Below are positions 38,956 to 50,313 of a stretch of DNA of 64,000 nucleotides, piece by piece. The notes beneath the pieces were generated by a model that saw only the letters and a list, made by a program, of their open reading frames with translations, was not told the DNA's origin and made no database searches. This DNA comes from Candidatus Latescibacterota bacterium (GTDB taxonomy: Bacteria > Latescibacterota > UBA2968 > UBA8231). Position 1 is the stretch's first letter, and each line of letters opens with the position of its first letter. Both the position numbers and the translations under genes were made by a program. Where the stretch lies: positions 2,432,001 through 2,496,000 of the forward strand of contig CBDAOB010000005.1 of the NCBI GenBank assembly GCA_965197905.1. The letters run 5' to 3'.

Positions 38956-40445
38956 GTCGTGCCTCCGCTACTTGAGATCTCTGACGTCTCCTTGGTTGCC
39001 AGCGGCAGGCGCACGAAGAAAGTAGCTCCTTCTCCGGGCGAGCTTTCCACGGTGAGGCTGCCGCCGTGCATCTCGACTATGCGATAACTGACCGCCAGCC
39101 CCAAGCCGGTGCCTCCCTCTTCGGCGTGGGTAGTAAAGAACGGTTCGAAGATGCGATCGAGATGCTCAGCCGCGATTCCCACACCAGTATCTGCCACTTC
39201 TATTTCGATTCCACCTTCTGCTTCGCGAGCTGAGATCGTCAACCGCCCTCCGTCTGGCATGGCGTGTTGGGAATTTAGAATCAGATTGATAAATACCTGC
39301 TCCAGCTCTCCCATATGACCGCAGACTCGGGGGAGATCATCGTCTACATGCTGGACGACCTGAATCGAATGCGCATCCAATTGATGTTTTACCAGGGCGT
39401 TAGCTTATTGCAAGGCCTGGGCCACATCAAAGTGGAGCCAGTCGCCATCCTGTGCGTTGTTGCGAGCAAAATCCAGCAGCGCGCGAATGATCTTCGATAT
39501 GCGCCGCACGTTGCTCTCGACCAGCTGCAAGCCTTCGACGATTTTCGGATTGCCCTGGCCTTGAAGAACCATGAGTTGGACGCGGCTGAGAATGATTTGA
39601 AGAGGATTGTTGACCTCGTGGGCGACACCCCCCGCGAGCTCGCCGATGGCCGAAAGTTTGGCCGACATCAATATCTGATCCTGCGAATCCTTGAGCTGGG
39701 CGTTTGTGCTTTCGAGGTCGTTGTAGAGCCGGGAATGCTCGATTGCTACGGCCGCATGGTTTGCCAGCACCCCCAGTAGCTCGAGTTCCCCGGCAGTGAA
39801 GGAGTCGCGGGGTTTCTTACAGTGTAAGACGTATATGCCAATCTGGGTCCCCCGAACGATCAGCGGAATCATTACGAAGGTGTGTTCCTCGACACCAGGC
39901 TGGTCGAGGGTTTCCATATCCTCGATGATTACGGGCCGGCGCTCGCGCAACACCCAGTCGATAATCCCGTCTTCCCACAGAGATTCGATCTTCTGACCCA
40001 GCGCGCTTTCGTTCCCCCGCATCGTCATCGGCGAGAGGCTTTCATCGGCGGCGATGGAAAAGACACCACAGCTTTCGTAGGCGACGAATCGGTTGGATAG
40101 ATTCATCAAAGCATCGAGAATATCCTCGACCTTGAAACAGAAGCTGATCGCTTCGGAGAGTTCGTGCAGACTCAGCAACTCGTCCATCGATTCGCGCAGC
40201 TCGGCATATTCGCGGTGCTCGCGCGTGAGATGCGCCTTCATCTGCAGCACTTCGCCCTCGAGACCGGCGAGGCGGGCGGCACCTTCCCCCAGCGCCGTGG
40301 CGATGCCGTCGACGTGGATACCAAGCTCCCAAGCGAGATCGTTGAGCCCGCTTGATTTGACTTGGTTCAGCAGCTCCTTGATGCGCTCCAGCGGCAACTC
40401 TTCTGCGCGCTCGGCGCGAATATTTCGAGCGGGAGTACTGGTCAT
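38952..40445 (-). pseudogene. GAF-HisKA-HATPase sensor kinase with in-frame stop
   Basis: AHEVNNP H-box upstream and N/G boxes downstream, same frame, separated by TAA at 39405-39407. Confidence 0.85.
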
Positions 40446-40454
40446 CCTGCTTGC

Positions 40455-41399
40455 CTATCCAACCTTTCGCTCCTGCCCTTCAGAACCTGCCGCATCCTCG
40501 TCGTCGCCGCGGGCAATGCTGGCAAACGCACCTGCGTTCTCCATCTCGTGTCGCAACAGCTCCCCGTATCCGAAAATTCGTTTCATCGCGGCTTTCGGCT
40601 CCTCGTGGATACCGAATGCGCGCAGCGCCGCTGGGTCCAGGCTCGGCATTCGGACACTGCCCCCATCGCCTATCTGCTCTCTCCGGCACAGAAAATCCGC
40701 CAGGTGAATCAAAGCTGGCAGCTCCGCTTCCCGCGGTGGCAGCCGACCCGGCATATGGTGGTAAGCGATGGCGTCTACCAGCTGCTTCGGCATGTTCCAA
40801 CGCTCGCCCAACCAGGCGCCCACCTCGGCATGAGTCAACCCGAGGACCGCCTCTTCTGCCTTCCCAATGTAGAGGTCCTCCGTATTCACCAGATGGAGAA
40901 TCTCGCTGAACTCGTCCGGAAAGAACTGGCTGAGAACCAGCTTGCCGATGTCGTGGAGAATACCTCCGGCAAACGCTTCCCCCTGCCCCCGGGTTCGATA
41001 ACGCACCTTGGCGGCCAATATCCGCGCCGCCACAGCACAGGCGATCGAGTGTTCCCAAAATCGCTGTCGGTCGAAGTCACCGTTGTTGCTTGCCCCCGAA
41101 AACCGTTCCAGCACCGAAACGCTCAGTCCGAGGCTCTTGACGGTTTCGAATCCGAGCACAACCACGGCGTGATTGACCGTGGCGATTTCTCTCGGAAAGC
41201 CGTAGAAGGCCGAGTTCGCCAGCTTGAGCATCTTGGCGGTCAGCGCCTGGTCGGTAGAGATCAGCTTGGCAACGTCGCTGGCGGACGTGTTAGGATTGTC
41301 GATCAAGCTGATCATCTGTGTGACCACGGTCGGCAACGTCGGTAACCCGATTATGCTCTCGGTGATCTTCCTCAGGCGCTGTTGTTTCTGTTCGTCCAA
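40455..41399 (-). CDS. HDOD domain protein
   Basis: LPTLP, DQALTAKMLKLANSAFYG, FWEHS, GILHDIGK, HAEVG..L...W. Confidence 0.92.
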   Translation of the reverse strand: MDEQKQQRLRKITESIIGLPTLPTVVTQMISLIDNPNTSASDVAKLISTDQALTAKMLKLANSAFYGFPREIATVNHAVVVLGFETVKSLGLSVSVLERFSGASNNGDFDRQRFWEHSIACAVAARILAAKVRYRTRGQGEAFAGGILHDIGKLVLSQFFPDEFSEILHLVNTEDLYIGKAEEAVLGLTHAEVGAWLGERWNMPKQLVDAIAYHHMPGRLPPREAELPALIHLADFLCRREQIGDGGSVRMPSLDPAALRAFGIHEEPKAAMKRIFGYGELLRHEMENAGAFASIARGDDEDAAGSEGQERKVG

Positions 41400-41460
41400 T
41401 ATGGTTCCCGTGGTCGTGGCATGGCGGCACGGGCCGCGCAGCCACCTCTAAGGCAGTGGT

Positions 41461-41781
41461 TCAGGCGACGATGTCGATCCCGGAGGAGTCCGCGCCGTCT
41501 TCGTCGGCCTCGGAGGTCTTGTCCGTCTCGGACTTGTCCGACTCCCGCTTGCGCCGGTCGCGGCGTTCGCGTTCGCGATCGCGTTTTTCGTCGGCACGCA
41601 ACTCGGCCTGGTCGGGCTCTTTGGTTGGTTGGGTTCGGCTCTGGTCCTGGGCGTGCTCGCGAGCCGCTTCCTGTGCCGCCTGCCGTTGGGCTACCTCGGG
41701 TGCTTCCTTCTGATTGTTCTGCAAACGGCTGGCGAGAGGCGCCTTGGAAAGGTTGTCCTGCAAATCGACGGGTTTGACCAT
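41461..41781 (-). CDS. Small charged flagellar-operon hypothetical protein
   Basis: KPVDLQ N-terminus, charged middle, C-terminal GIDIVA. Confidence 0.65.
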   Translation of the reverse strand: MVKPVDLQDNLSKAPLASRLQNNQKEAPEVAQRQAAQEAAREHAQDQSRTQPTKEPDQAELRADEKRDRERERRDRRKRESDKSETDKTSEADEDGADSSGIDIVA

Positions 41782-41793
41782 CCGCGACCTACC

Positions 41794-42573
41794 CTATGCC
41801 ATGAAACGCTTTCGCAACTTGACCCGGAGGCTGAGTACCGCCTTGGTGTGCAGTTGCGACACGCGGGACTCGGACAGTTCCAGCACCTGGCCGATCTCCT
41901 TGAGCGTCAGCTCCTCATAGTAATAGAGGGCCACGACCAGGCGTTCCTGTTGGGTGAGCTGACCGAGAGAATCGGCGAGCAGGTCCCGCATCTCCTCGCG
42001 CTCCAGGTTTGACAGAGCACTTGGCTGTTCGGGCGAACGGACGGTGTCGACCAGAGGAACCGGTTTATCGTCTCCATCGCCGTAAGTCAATTCGTCCAAC
42101 GACAGCAGGGAGGCGGAGCTCACATCGTCAATCATGTGGTAATAATCCGACAATTCGACACCCAACCCCTCTGCAAGCTCGGTCTCATTGGGCGAGCGCC
42201 CGAGTGCACTTTCGAGCTTCGAGATGGTCTTCTCGATTTCTCGGGAACGCGCGCGGGTGGATCGGGGCACCCAATCCATGCCCCGCAATTCGTCTAGAAT
42301 CGAGCCACGAATCCGCAGCGAAGCATAGGTTTCGAACTTGACCCCCTTGCCGGCGTCAAAGTTTCGATAGGCTTCAATCAAACCGACGACCCCGGCATTG
42401 ATCAGGTCGTCCATCTCCACCGATCTAGGTAGACCTATGGCCAGCCGCCCCGCGATATACTTGACCAAGGGAAGATATTCTTCCAGCGGTTGCTGCGTGT
42501 TCTGAGCCGCCGGTTTCTGCTGCTTCTCGTACTTCTCGCTGGCACTATGGACTGGAGTCTTGCCGGGACTCAT
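41794..42573 (-). CDS. fliA: RNA polymerase sigma28 factor
   Basis: RIRGSILDELRGMDWVPRS, LYYYEELTLKEIG..L..SESRVSQLH. Confidence 0.96.
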   Translation of the reverse strand: MSPGKTPVHSASEKYEKQQKPAAQNTQQPLEEYLPLVKYIAGRLAIGLPRSVEMDDLINAGVVGLIEAYRNFDAGKGVKFETYASLRIRGSILDELRGMDWVPRSTRARSREIEKTISKLESALGRSPNETELAEGLGVELSDYYHMIDDVSSASLLSLDELTYGDGDDKPVPLVDTVRSPEQPSALSNLEREEMRDLLADSLGQLTQQERLVVALYYYEELTLKEIGQVLELSESRVSQLHTKAVLSLRVKLRKRFMA

Positions 42574-42579
42574 GCCGTT

Positions 42580-43412
42580 TCATTTCCTCCGGGGTGGTGT
42601 ATTACGGGGCGAATCACCGAGTTTGACGGCGTGCTCGAATAGTCCCTGCTTGCGGTCGTTGGCGATTCCGGAATCCTTCAACAGATCTTCGACGACCCGT
42701 TGCAACGCCTCGGCAGCAGGTGAAGGTGGTGAAGCCAGAACAAAGGGTGTTTGGCGCTTGATCGACTCGCGCACATACCGATCTAACGGAATATAACCCC
42801 AACTGTCAATTTTCGCTCCCAGAAACCGCTCCACCAGCTCCTGGAATCGCTCGTGAAGCCCCGTTGCCTCTTCGGCGCTATCTGCCATGTTAACCAAGAG
42901 TTTAGCTTGTAGATTCGGGTTGACGCCCAAGAGCAGCTTGAGCGTTGCATAAGCGTCGGCGATCGCGGTCGGCTCCGGCGTCACGATGAGCACCGTTTGG
43001 TCGGCAGCACTGGCCAGATCGACTGCCGTGGACGGAATGCCGGCACCGGTGTCGACTATCATGATCTCGTTGGACCGTTCCAGAGCTGTCAGCCGCCTGA
43101 GATTCCCTGGGTCGAGGGGTGCGCCGAAATCGCGCATACGATCGGAAGCGGCAGGCAGATCGTCAAGCCTTCCGGTCCGCTCAAACGCGCATCCTCGACG
43201 GTGCACTCACCCGCGAGCACATTTTCGAGGGTTTCTTCCGGACTTGCACCGAGCAGCAGAGCGATATTGCCCAATCCCAGGTCGCCATCGACCAACAGGG
43301 TGTTCTTGCGCATTCGGGCCAGCGAAACGGCGAGGTTCAGGGCAATGCAGCTCTTTCCGACGCCGCCCTTACCGCTGGTGATCGCGATGCTTCGGGGCAT
43401 TTGCACACTCAT
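42580..43412 (-). pseudogene. flhG: MinD-like ATPase FlhG, -1 frameshift near 43158
   Basis: SGKGGVGKS in one frame; DTGAG and TPEPTAIADAY in the next; ATCTG for the expected ATCCTG. Confidence 0.85.
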
Positions 43413-44629
43413 TTTCGAGGTTTCTTCCGTGTTGGAGTCGCCCCGACGATCTTGGCGATAGGCTTGCGAAAATCGCCCGCCTCGATCTGACCGGGAACTC
43501 CCGATCCGACGATGAAGTAGGAACCGGGAATTCCGCTCTCGATGGCGGCACTGACTACGGCACCTGGTCGGGCCGTTTGATCCAGCTTCGTGAATAGCAG
43601 CCGGCGTTCGGGAAACTGGTCACTGGTCTCGATCAGATCGAGCATGTGATCGAAGCCGGTCAAGCTATCGATGACCAGCTGAACCTCGTCGACACCAGCT
43701 GCCTCGAAAAGCCGTCGTTGGCGCTCACATTCCGCTGTTTGACCAGACCCGCACCCCGGGGGATCGATCAGGACCAATTGGGCATCACTGTGGCGCTCCA
43801 ACACCGCTTTGATCTCCTCCTCGGTGTGGGCGATTTCCAGCGGCACGCCAATTATTTCGGCAAAGGCTTTGGATTGATCCAGGGCGCCGACATGTTGATC
43901 ATCGGTTGTGACCCAGACGATTCGATGGCCGCGCTTGAGCGCGAACCCGGCTGCAATCTTGGCTGCCGCGGTAGTTTTTCCGGCTCCCGGAGGACCGAAA
44001 AATGCAACCACTTTTCGTTTCTTGCCTACGCGAATGTCCTTACATTTCGGGACCGCCGCCGACAGCAGGCTTGCAGCCTTGTCGGCCACTTGCTGCTGAT
44101 CGCGCAGCGCAGAGCCCGCCAGATCTTCCAGCATTCGCTGTAGGACGTCGTTGGCGACGCGTTCGGATATTCCCATGCTGGTCATTCGGCCCGATAACCG
44201 CTTGAGTTCGTCGGGAAGGGACACTTGAATGGAGGATCGACGCTCGACGCGATCCATTGCGCTCCGGAGCTCGCGCAGATTTTCCATCACCTCGCTGACG
44301 TCGGGGTCGCTCTTCGTCGGCGAAGGAGTCGGCGCAACCGGGATCGACACACCTGGCGCAGGAATCTCCGGTGTGGGCCTGTCGGCCAGGCGAGTTTCCA
44401 TCGAGCGCGCAAACCTTTGGGCTGCCAGATTCGCTGTCTTGGACGCTACCTCTTCGGTTGCCGAGTCGAAGGCGGCCGTGACTTCCACGCAGGGAGCACC
44501 ATCCAGATTGAAGCGGCTATTCTTTCTCAATTGCCGCGTGTTCAGGATGATGGCACCCTCGCCCAGGTCGTCACGGACCTGTTGCAGGGCTTCCGGCATG
44601 TTCCGGGCTATATATTTCTTGATCTTCAT
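43409..44629 (-). CDS. flhF: SRP-type GTPase FlhF
   Basis: MKIKKY..., GPPGAGKTT, TKLD; position between flhA and flhG. Confidence 0.88.
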   Translation of the reverse strand: MKIKKYIARNMPEALQQVRDDLGEGAIILNTRQLRKNSRFNLDGAPCVEVTAAFDSATEEVASKTANLAAQRFARSMETRLADRPTPEIPAPGVSIPVAPTPSPTKSDPDVSEVMENLRELRSAMDRVERRSSIQVSLPDELKRLSGRMTSMGISERVANDVLQRMLEDLAGSALRDQQQVADKAASLLSAAVPKCKDIRVGKKRKVVAFFGPPGAGKTTAAAKIAAGFALKRGHRIVWVTTDDQHVGALDQSKAFAEIIGVPLEIAHTEEEIKAVLERHSDAQLVLIDPPGCGSGQTAECERQRRLFEAAGVDEVQLVIDSLTGFDHMLDLIETSDQFPERRLLFTKLDQTARPGAVVSAAIESGIPGSYFIVGSGVPGQIEAGDFRKPIAKIVGATPTRKKPRK

Positions 44630-46680
44630 ATTCGAGGGTTATGTTTCCGACGGAAGACACATCCACTTCCGGCACGATTTCGTTGTATGACAGGACGAAC
44701 AAACTCGGAAAATTAGCCGCCGTCAATTTGCGAAACGCCAGTCGAATCTGCGGTGATGCAAGCACCGCTGGCTGTTGCCCGTTGGCAACCATCTGGTCTA
44801 CCAGGCCGGTCATGCTCTGAAACAGCTGGCTGGCAACGTCCGGCGCGACGGCGACGGTCAGGCCTGTTGGCGTGGCCTGCACTGCCTCCTTTATCATTTC
44901 CTCCACCAGGGAGTCGATCGTGAGCACAGCTATGCCCTCGTCCGGCGACTCTTTCAACAACACGTTGCAGATCTGGCGTCGCAGCGCCGTGCGCACGTAT
45001 TCGGTGAGCACCTCGACGTCCTTGATCTCGCCATAATCTGCTAGCGTCTCGAGAATAGTTCGTAGATCGCGAATGGGAACGCGCTCGACCAAAAGGTTTT
45101 GCAGGACCCTTTGAACCTTGCCCAGCGGCATGATGTCGGGTATGAGCTCCTCGACGATGGCCGGGTGAGACTCCTTGAACTCATCCACCAGATGTTGCAC
45201 TTCCTGGCGCCCGAGCAACTCTCGCGCATGGGTATTCAAGACCTCGGTCAAGTGGGTAGCCAGCACGGCGACCGGCTCGACGACATTATACCCCAGGAGC
45301 TCTGCCTTCTCTCGAAGCGAAGGCACGACCCAGACGGCTGCGAGCCCGAACACCGGATCGGTGGTTTCCGAGCCTTCGATCGCATCCTCCGCGAAACCTG
45401 GGTTGATCGCCAACAGGTTCTTCGGCTGCAGCTCGCCCCGAGCGACAAGGTTGCCCTTCACGCGAATCTGGTATTCGGACGGCCCCAGCTCAGTACTGTC
45501 TCTAACCCGCACCTGGGGCGCGATGAATCCCATCTCCAAAGCAGCCACCTTGCGAATCTGGACGATGCGTTCGATCAGGTCGCCTCCCTGCTTGGCATCC
45601 ACCAGGGGCACGAGTTGGTAACCCACCTGGACCTCCAGCAGGTCGACCCGGAGGTAGTCTTCGGGACGTTCCTCAGGTTTTTCCTCTTCCTGGCGAACCT
45701 CCATTTCCATGGCCTTCCGTTGGGCATTGCTGCGGCGAACTAGAAGCGCCAGCCCCACAATCACCGATCCGATCAGCAAGAAGGGCCAGGTCGGCATGCC
45801 CGGGATGCAACCGAGACCGAACAACATGGCACCTGTGATCAATCCAGCCTGCGGTCGAGCCGTAAGCTGGCGATTGATGTCACGACCCATATTCTGGTCG
45901 GAAGAAGCCCGGGTAATAATGATGCCGGCCGAGGTAGAGGTGATCAGAGCTGGGATCTGCGTTACGAGACCGTCGCCAACTGTGAGCAGGGTATAGGTTT
46001 GGGCCGCGTCGGCGATGCTCATGCCGTGCTGCAAAATGCCGATGGCAAGCCCACCGATAATGTTTGATCAAGGTGATGAGAATGCCGGCGATCGCGTCAC
46101 CTCGCACGAATTTGCTGGCACCGTCCATGGAGCCGTAGAACTCCGCTTCCCGGGCAATATCTTCACGGCGTTTCCGCGCCGTCGTTTCGTCGATGAGTCC
46201 CGCATTCAGATCGGCATCGATCGCCATCTGCTTACCGGGCATGGCATCCAACGTGAAACGCGCCGCCACCTCGGCGACGCGGCCGGCGCCCTTCGTGATG
46301 ACGACGAACTGAATGATTATGACGATCACGAAGATGATAAACCCGAGAACGAAGTTGCCACTGACCACCACATCGCCGAATGCGGAGATGAGGCGACCGG
46401 CGTCGGCCTGACTGAGAATCAGACGGGTGGAGGCGACGTTCAGCGACAGTCGCGCCAGAGTGAGAATCAGCAGCAACCCGGGAAACACCGAGAATTCCAG
46501 CGGGGCGACAATGTATATGGTCATCATCAGGACGAGCAGCGCCACACTGATGTTACCCGTCAGCAAAAAATCCATGACATAGGTCGGCAACGGCACGATC
46601 ATCACTCCGAGAATGACGACTACGCCTACGGCCACCAGGACATCCGTGTGCCGCATCACCCTGCCAAAAAAACCGTTCAA
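44571..46680 (-). pseudogene. flhA: Export gate FlhA, +1 frameshift at 46063-46065
   Basis: [19 protein letters not shown]...GDAIAG, then frame switch (ATCAAACATT for ATCAACATT) to TVGDGLV.QIP. Confidence 0.9.
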
Positions 46681-46757
46681 ACCGTATTACCCCTATCGAT
46701 ATCTTCGATCATCTCAACGCACCGGCAATCCTCAAGAATCCGTGTTCCTTTTTGGTG

Positions 46758-47822
46758 TCACGCATTGCGCCGAAGCTGAAAAACGAATGCGAGCACTTCG
46801 GCAACCGCCTTGAAGAGATCCTCGGGGATCTCGTCACCTATGCGCACCGCTTTGAACAGCGCCCGCGCCAGCGGTTTGTTTTCCACCAGCGGCACGCCTG
46901 CCAGGCGCGCCAGCTCCTTGATCTTCTCGGCAATCAACCGCTGACCCTTGGCCACGACGACTGGCGCGGCCGACTCCTCCGGCGCGTAGCGCAAGGCTAC
47001 GGCCACATGCGTGGGATTGGTTACCACCACGTCGGCCTGGCCGACGTCGTCCATCATTCTTTTCTGCGCCAGCTCCCGCTGCAACGAGCGGACGCGGGCG
47101 CGAATCTGGGGATCCCCTTCCTGCTGTTTCAGCTCCTCCCTCACCTCGTGTCGGGTCATGCGCAGATTCTTTTCGTGGTCCCAACGTTGAAAGGCATAGT
47201 CCAAAATGGCCAGAAGCAGGAGAACGATGCAGATTCGAAACCCCAGCGTCATCAACACGCTGCTGCTGGAGGCGAGGATCTGCGGGACGCCGCTATCGAC
47301 CAGCGCGATGAGGTTGTTCATCTCACCGGCGATGGTCCAATAGGTGATCGCGGTCACCACCGCCACCTTGAATAACCCTTTGGCCAGCTCCACCAGTCCG
47401 CGGCTGGAGAATATCCGCTTCAACCCCGAAAGTGGACTGATTCGGTTCGCTTTCGGTTCCAGGGGCGTTAGGGTGAAGATAACCCCCACCTGGGCGTAGT
47501 TGATAGCCAACGCCGCGGCCACGAGCAACGCGACGAAAGGCAAAACGATACGCACGTAGCTGGCTGCCCAGGTCAGGAGGTAAGTAGGTAGGTTCAAGGC
47601 GTTCAATTGCACCGAAAATCCGTCGGTGAACATGCTGACCATGAAACCTGTGAGGTTATTGTAGACGTAGGAGCTCAGACTTACCATGGCCAGCAGCCCT
47701 GACACAAGTATGGCCAGCGAACTCAGCTCTGCGCTCCTGGCCACCTGGCCTTTACGTCGGGATTCCTCGCGGCGCTTGGGAGTCGCTTGCTCCGTCTTCT
47801 CCTGAAAGGATTCTTCAGCCAT
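46758..47822 (-). CDS. flhB: Export protein FlhB
   Basis: EKTEQATPKR, EGDP, intact NPTH. Confidence 0.96.
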   Translation of the reverse strand: MAEESFQEKTEQATPKRREESRRKGQVARSAELSSLAILVSGLLAMVSLSSYVYNNLTGFMVSMFTDGFSVQLNALNLPTYLLTWAASYVRIVLPFVALLVAAALAINYAQVGVIFTLTPLEPKANRISPLSGLKRIFSSRGLVELAKGLFKVAVVTAITYWTIAGEMNNLIALVDSGVPQILASSSSVLMTLGFRICIVLLLLAILDYAFQRWDHEKNLRMTRHEVREELKQQEGDPQIRARVRSLQRELAQKRMMDDVGQADVVVTNPTHVAVALRYAPEESAAPVVVAKGQRLIAEKIKELARLAGVPLVENKPLARALFKAVRIGDEIPEDLFKAVAEVLAFVFQLRRNA

Positions 47823-47830
47823 TACGGCAC

Positions 47831-48598
47831 CTAGAAAAAGCCGATCAACGCAAACATGTTGCGTTCGAGCGTATCGAGTGACTTGTTCATCAGAATGAGA
47901 AACAGGGGCAGTGAGCTGACGAGTACGAGGGACCCCACGGTGATCTGCACGGGAAAACCGACGAGGAACACGTTCATCTGCGGTACGGTTCGCGCCAGAA
48001 CTCCCATGGCTACCGAGATCATCAGCAGAGAAATCATAACCGGCGCCGCGATTTTTAATGCGACGATGAAGATCTCGCTAGACAACGCGATCAGTTTGTG
48101 AATTATGATCTCAGGAAACTGAACCCCGCCCAATGGAACGACCTCAAAGCTGCTGATCAATCCCCGAATTATAAGCAGATGCCCATCAACTGTTAACACG
48201 ATCAAAATCGCCAGGATGCTCATGAACTGGCCAATGATGGAGACCTGCTCACTGGATTGGGGATCGACGACGTTGACGATGCCAAAACCCATTTGGAAAC
48301 CCATCATCTGACCGGCGAATTGAACGGCAACGAAGAACAACAACACGGAAAATCCGAGGATCAGACCCATGAATATCTCGCGGATGACCATGATGGCATA
48401 AGGCAGGAATCCGTCCGGAATGTGCAGGGATTCCGCGTCCACCATGGGAAAGACCACAAACGAGATGACGACTGCCAAACCAATCTTCGACCGCGCCAGG
48501 TAGTTGCGGTGGCCGAACAGTGGCGCCACGATGAGAAGAGCGCTTACGCGCAGAAGAATCAGTAGAAAGACGTGAAACTCGTTAAGCCAGTATTCCAC
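47831..48598 (-). CDS. fliR: Export protein FliR
   Basis: AG...FQMG, RTVPQMNVF.VGFP. Confidence 0.93.
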   Translation of the reverse strand: MEYWLNEFHVFLLILLRVSALLIVAPLFGHRNYLARSKIGLAVVISFVVFPMVDAESLHIPDGFLPYAIMVIREIFMGLILGFSVLLFFVAVQFAGQMMGFQMGFGIVNVVDPQSSEQVSIIGQFMSILAILIVLTVDGHLLIIRGLISSFEVVPLGGVQFPEIIIHKLIALSSEIFIVALKIAAPVMISLLMISVAMGVLARTVPQMNVFLVGFPVQITVGSLVLVSSLPLFLILMNKSLDTLERNMFALIGFF

Positions 48599-48605
48599 TT
48601 TACGC

Positions 48606-48863
48606 TCACCCTACAACAGTTGGAATACTGCTCAGAATGCCGACGGTGAAATCGACCATTTTGCGAATCATCCACGGCAGCATGAACATAAGTACGGCGG
48701 CGACAGCCAGAATCTTGGGAATGAAGGTCAACGTCATCTCGTGGACCTGGGTTACCGCCTGGAAGATGCTGACAACGAGGGCTACGACCAACAGCGGGCC
48801 GGCGACATACAAGACGGTCATCAGTGCATGCTGACCGAGTTGGATGGCGTATTCAGGTGTCAT
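48606..48863 (-). CDS. fliQ: Export protein FliQ (apparently about 4 aa short)
   Basis: SIFQAVTQVHEMTLTFIPK. Confidence 0.9.
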   Translation of the reverse strand: MTPEYAIQLGQHALMTVLYVAGPLLVVALVVSIFQAVTQVHEMTLTFIPKILAVAAVLMFMLPWMIRKMVDFTVGILSSIPTVVG

Positions 48864-48879
48864 TGCCCGTCTCCCTGGT

Positions 48880-49674
48880 TCAGTTGAAGCTCCTCACGAC
48901 GGATTGAACGATTAGGTTCCAGCCGTCGACGAGCACGAAGAGCAAAATCTTGAATGGCAGCGAAACCATGATCGGGGGCAACATCATCATACCCATCGAA
49001 AGTAGAATACTGGCGACCACCAGATCGATCACGAGAAACGGTACGAAAAGGATGAATCCGATCTGAAACGCCGTCCTGAGCTCGCTGATAATGAAACTTG
49101 GAATCAACACGGAATTCGGAATTTCGCTGCGGGTTTTCGGTTGGGAGATTTTTGCCATGCGGATGAACAGAGCCATGTCCTTCTGGCGCGTCTGTTTCAT
49201 CATGAAATCACGCATCGGCTCCATGCCGCGATCCAGCGCCTCTTGATACGGTATTTCCTCGGCGATCAGGGGTTGAATGGCGTGATCGTTGACTTGGTCC
49301 CAAACCGGAGCCATTACGAAAAACGACAGGAACAGCGAGAGACCGATCAGGAGCTGATTCGGTGGCATCTGCTGAATTCCCAGGGCGGATCGGAGGAAGG
49401 ACAACACCACGAGTATCCGGGTGAACGAGGTCATCATGATCAGAATCGAAGGAGCCAGCGAGAGAATCGTCAGCAGGAAGATGATCTGCAGCGAGACGGC
49501 CGCATCTCCTCCCGATGCCGCCTCTTCCACCTGGAGGCTGATCTTCGGTAGTATTTGAGCTTCCAGCCCGGTGAACGGCGTACACAGAAACAGTATGCCC
49601 AGAGGCCAGATCCACCGTCGGTGCCGTGACCGCGACTCTTGGCGCCTGGGAGTGGCGGGATCAGGAATCGCCAT
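48880..49674 (-). CDS. fliP: Export protein FliP
   Basis: [39 protein letters not shown]; probable start ATG 49674. Confidence 0.92.
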   Translation of the reverse strand: MAIPDPATPRRQESRSRHRRWIWPLGILFLCTPFTGLEAQILPKISLQVEEAASGGDAAVSLQIIFLLTILSLAPSILIMMTSFTRILVVLSFLRSALGIQQMPPNQLLIGLSLFLSFFVMAPVWDQVNDHAIQPLIAEEIPYQEALDRGMEPMRDFMMKQTRQKDMALFIRMAKISQPKTRSEIPNSVLIPSFIISELRTAFQIGFILFVPFLVIDLVVASILLSMGMMMLPPIMVSLPFKILLFVLVDGWNLIVQSVVRSFN

Positions 49675-50241
49675 TCTTGCCGCCTTCCGATCTGTTCTGC
49701 AGCTGCCCGAGTACGTTCTTGAACTGGCCGCCGAGCGAAATCTCGCCTTCCGGTGGCGAGTCAATTTCAATTCTCCCGGTTGCCATTGCCCCAACAGCGC
49801 GATTTGTGCCTCCGCGACCCCAACCGCAAGCGTATGTTCGCCAATGTCGACCAGATAGATCGCTTTCTTGGGACCCAGGAAAGCGCGCTCTTTGACGCGA
49901 ATACAACCGCTTCCGCCACCCAGTTGCTGCCCGAGCGAACTCTTTCGCAACAGGAATACGGCGCCCCACGCCAAGGCAATAACCGCGGTCAGACCCACAC
50001 CGAGCTTGAACATGAGACTCCAGTAGGAGTCCACCCCCTCGTCGGTGTCCGCCAGGTGCAATAGCGTTGAATCGTTCTTTAAGGAGTCGGAAGGTGCCGG
50101 AGTAACCTCGGCAACCGCTTCTGTGACTCCCGCCGGGGCGGTCGGCGCCTGCATGGTTGCTTCGCCCTGCGCCTGCAGGGGAAAAAACCAGAGGGCACAC
50201 GCGAAACCCGCTGGCAGCAAATGCCGACGTGATCGCTTCAT
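49661..50241 (-). pseudogene. fliO: FliO, -1 frameshift at 49765-49767 reading into fliP
   Basis: TM + [20 protein letters not shown]...VGV; the expected tail FKNVLGQLQ is in the other frame. Confidence 0.7.
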
Positions 50242-50297
50242 CTCGAGTGATTCCCTTTTTTGTCTCTGTGGTCTCTGAACCAACAAGGGACCCATCG

Positions 50298-50313
50298 AGC
50301 AACATATATGCCA
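50298..50313 (-). promoter_or_regulatory. Sigma54 promoter upstream of fliO
   Basis: TGGCATATATGTTGCT = GG-N10-GC in an intergenic gap. Confidence 0.75.

Noticed and set aside
39405..39407. Stop-codon recoding in the kinase
   Set aside because: The codon is TAA, which ends many genes here; Sec and Pyl use TGA and TAG.
44571..44629. FlhA tail overlapping flhF by 59 nt as another lesion
   Set aside because: It may be a natural overlap; this cannot be judged without orthologues.
48880..50295. Apparent 471-aa FliO-FliP fusion
   Set aside because: Better explained by a missing A at 49765-49767. A FliO-like tail and stop sit in the other frame, and fliP has its own ATG.
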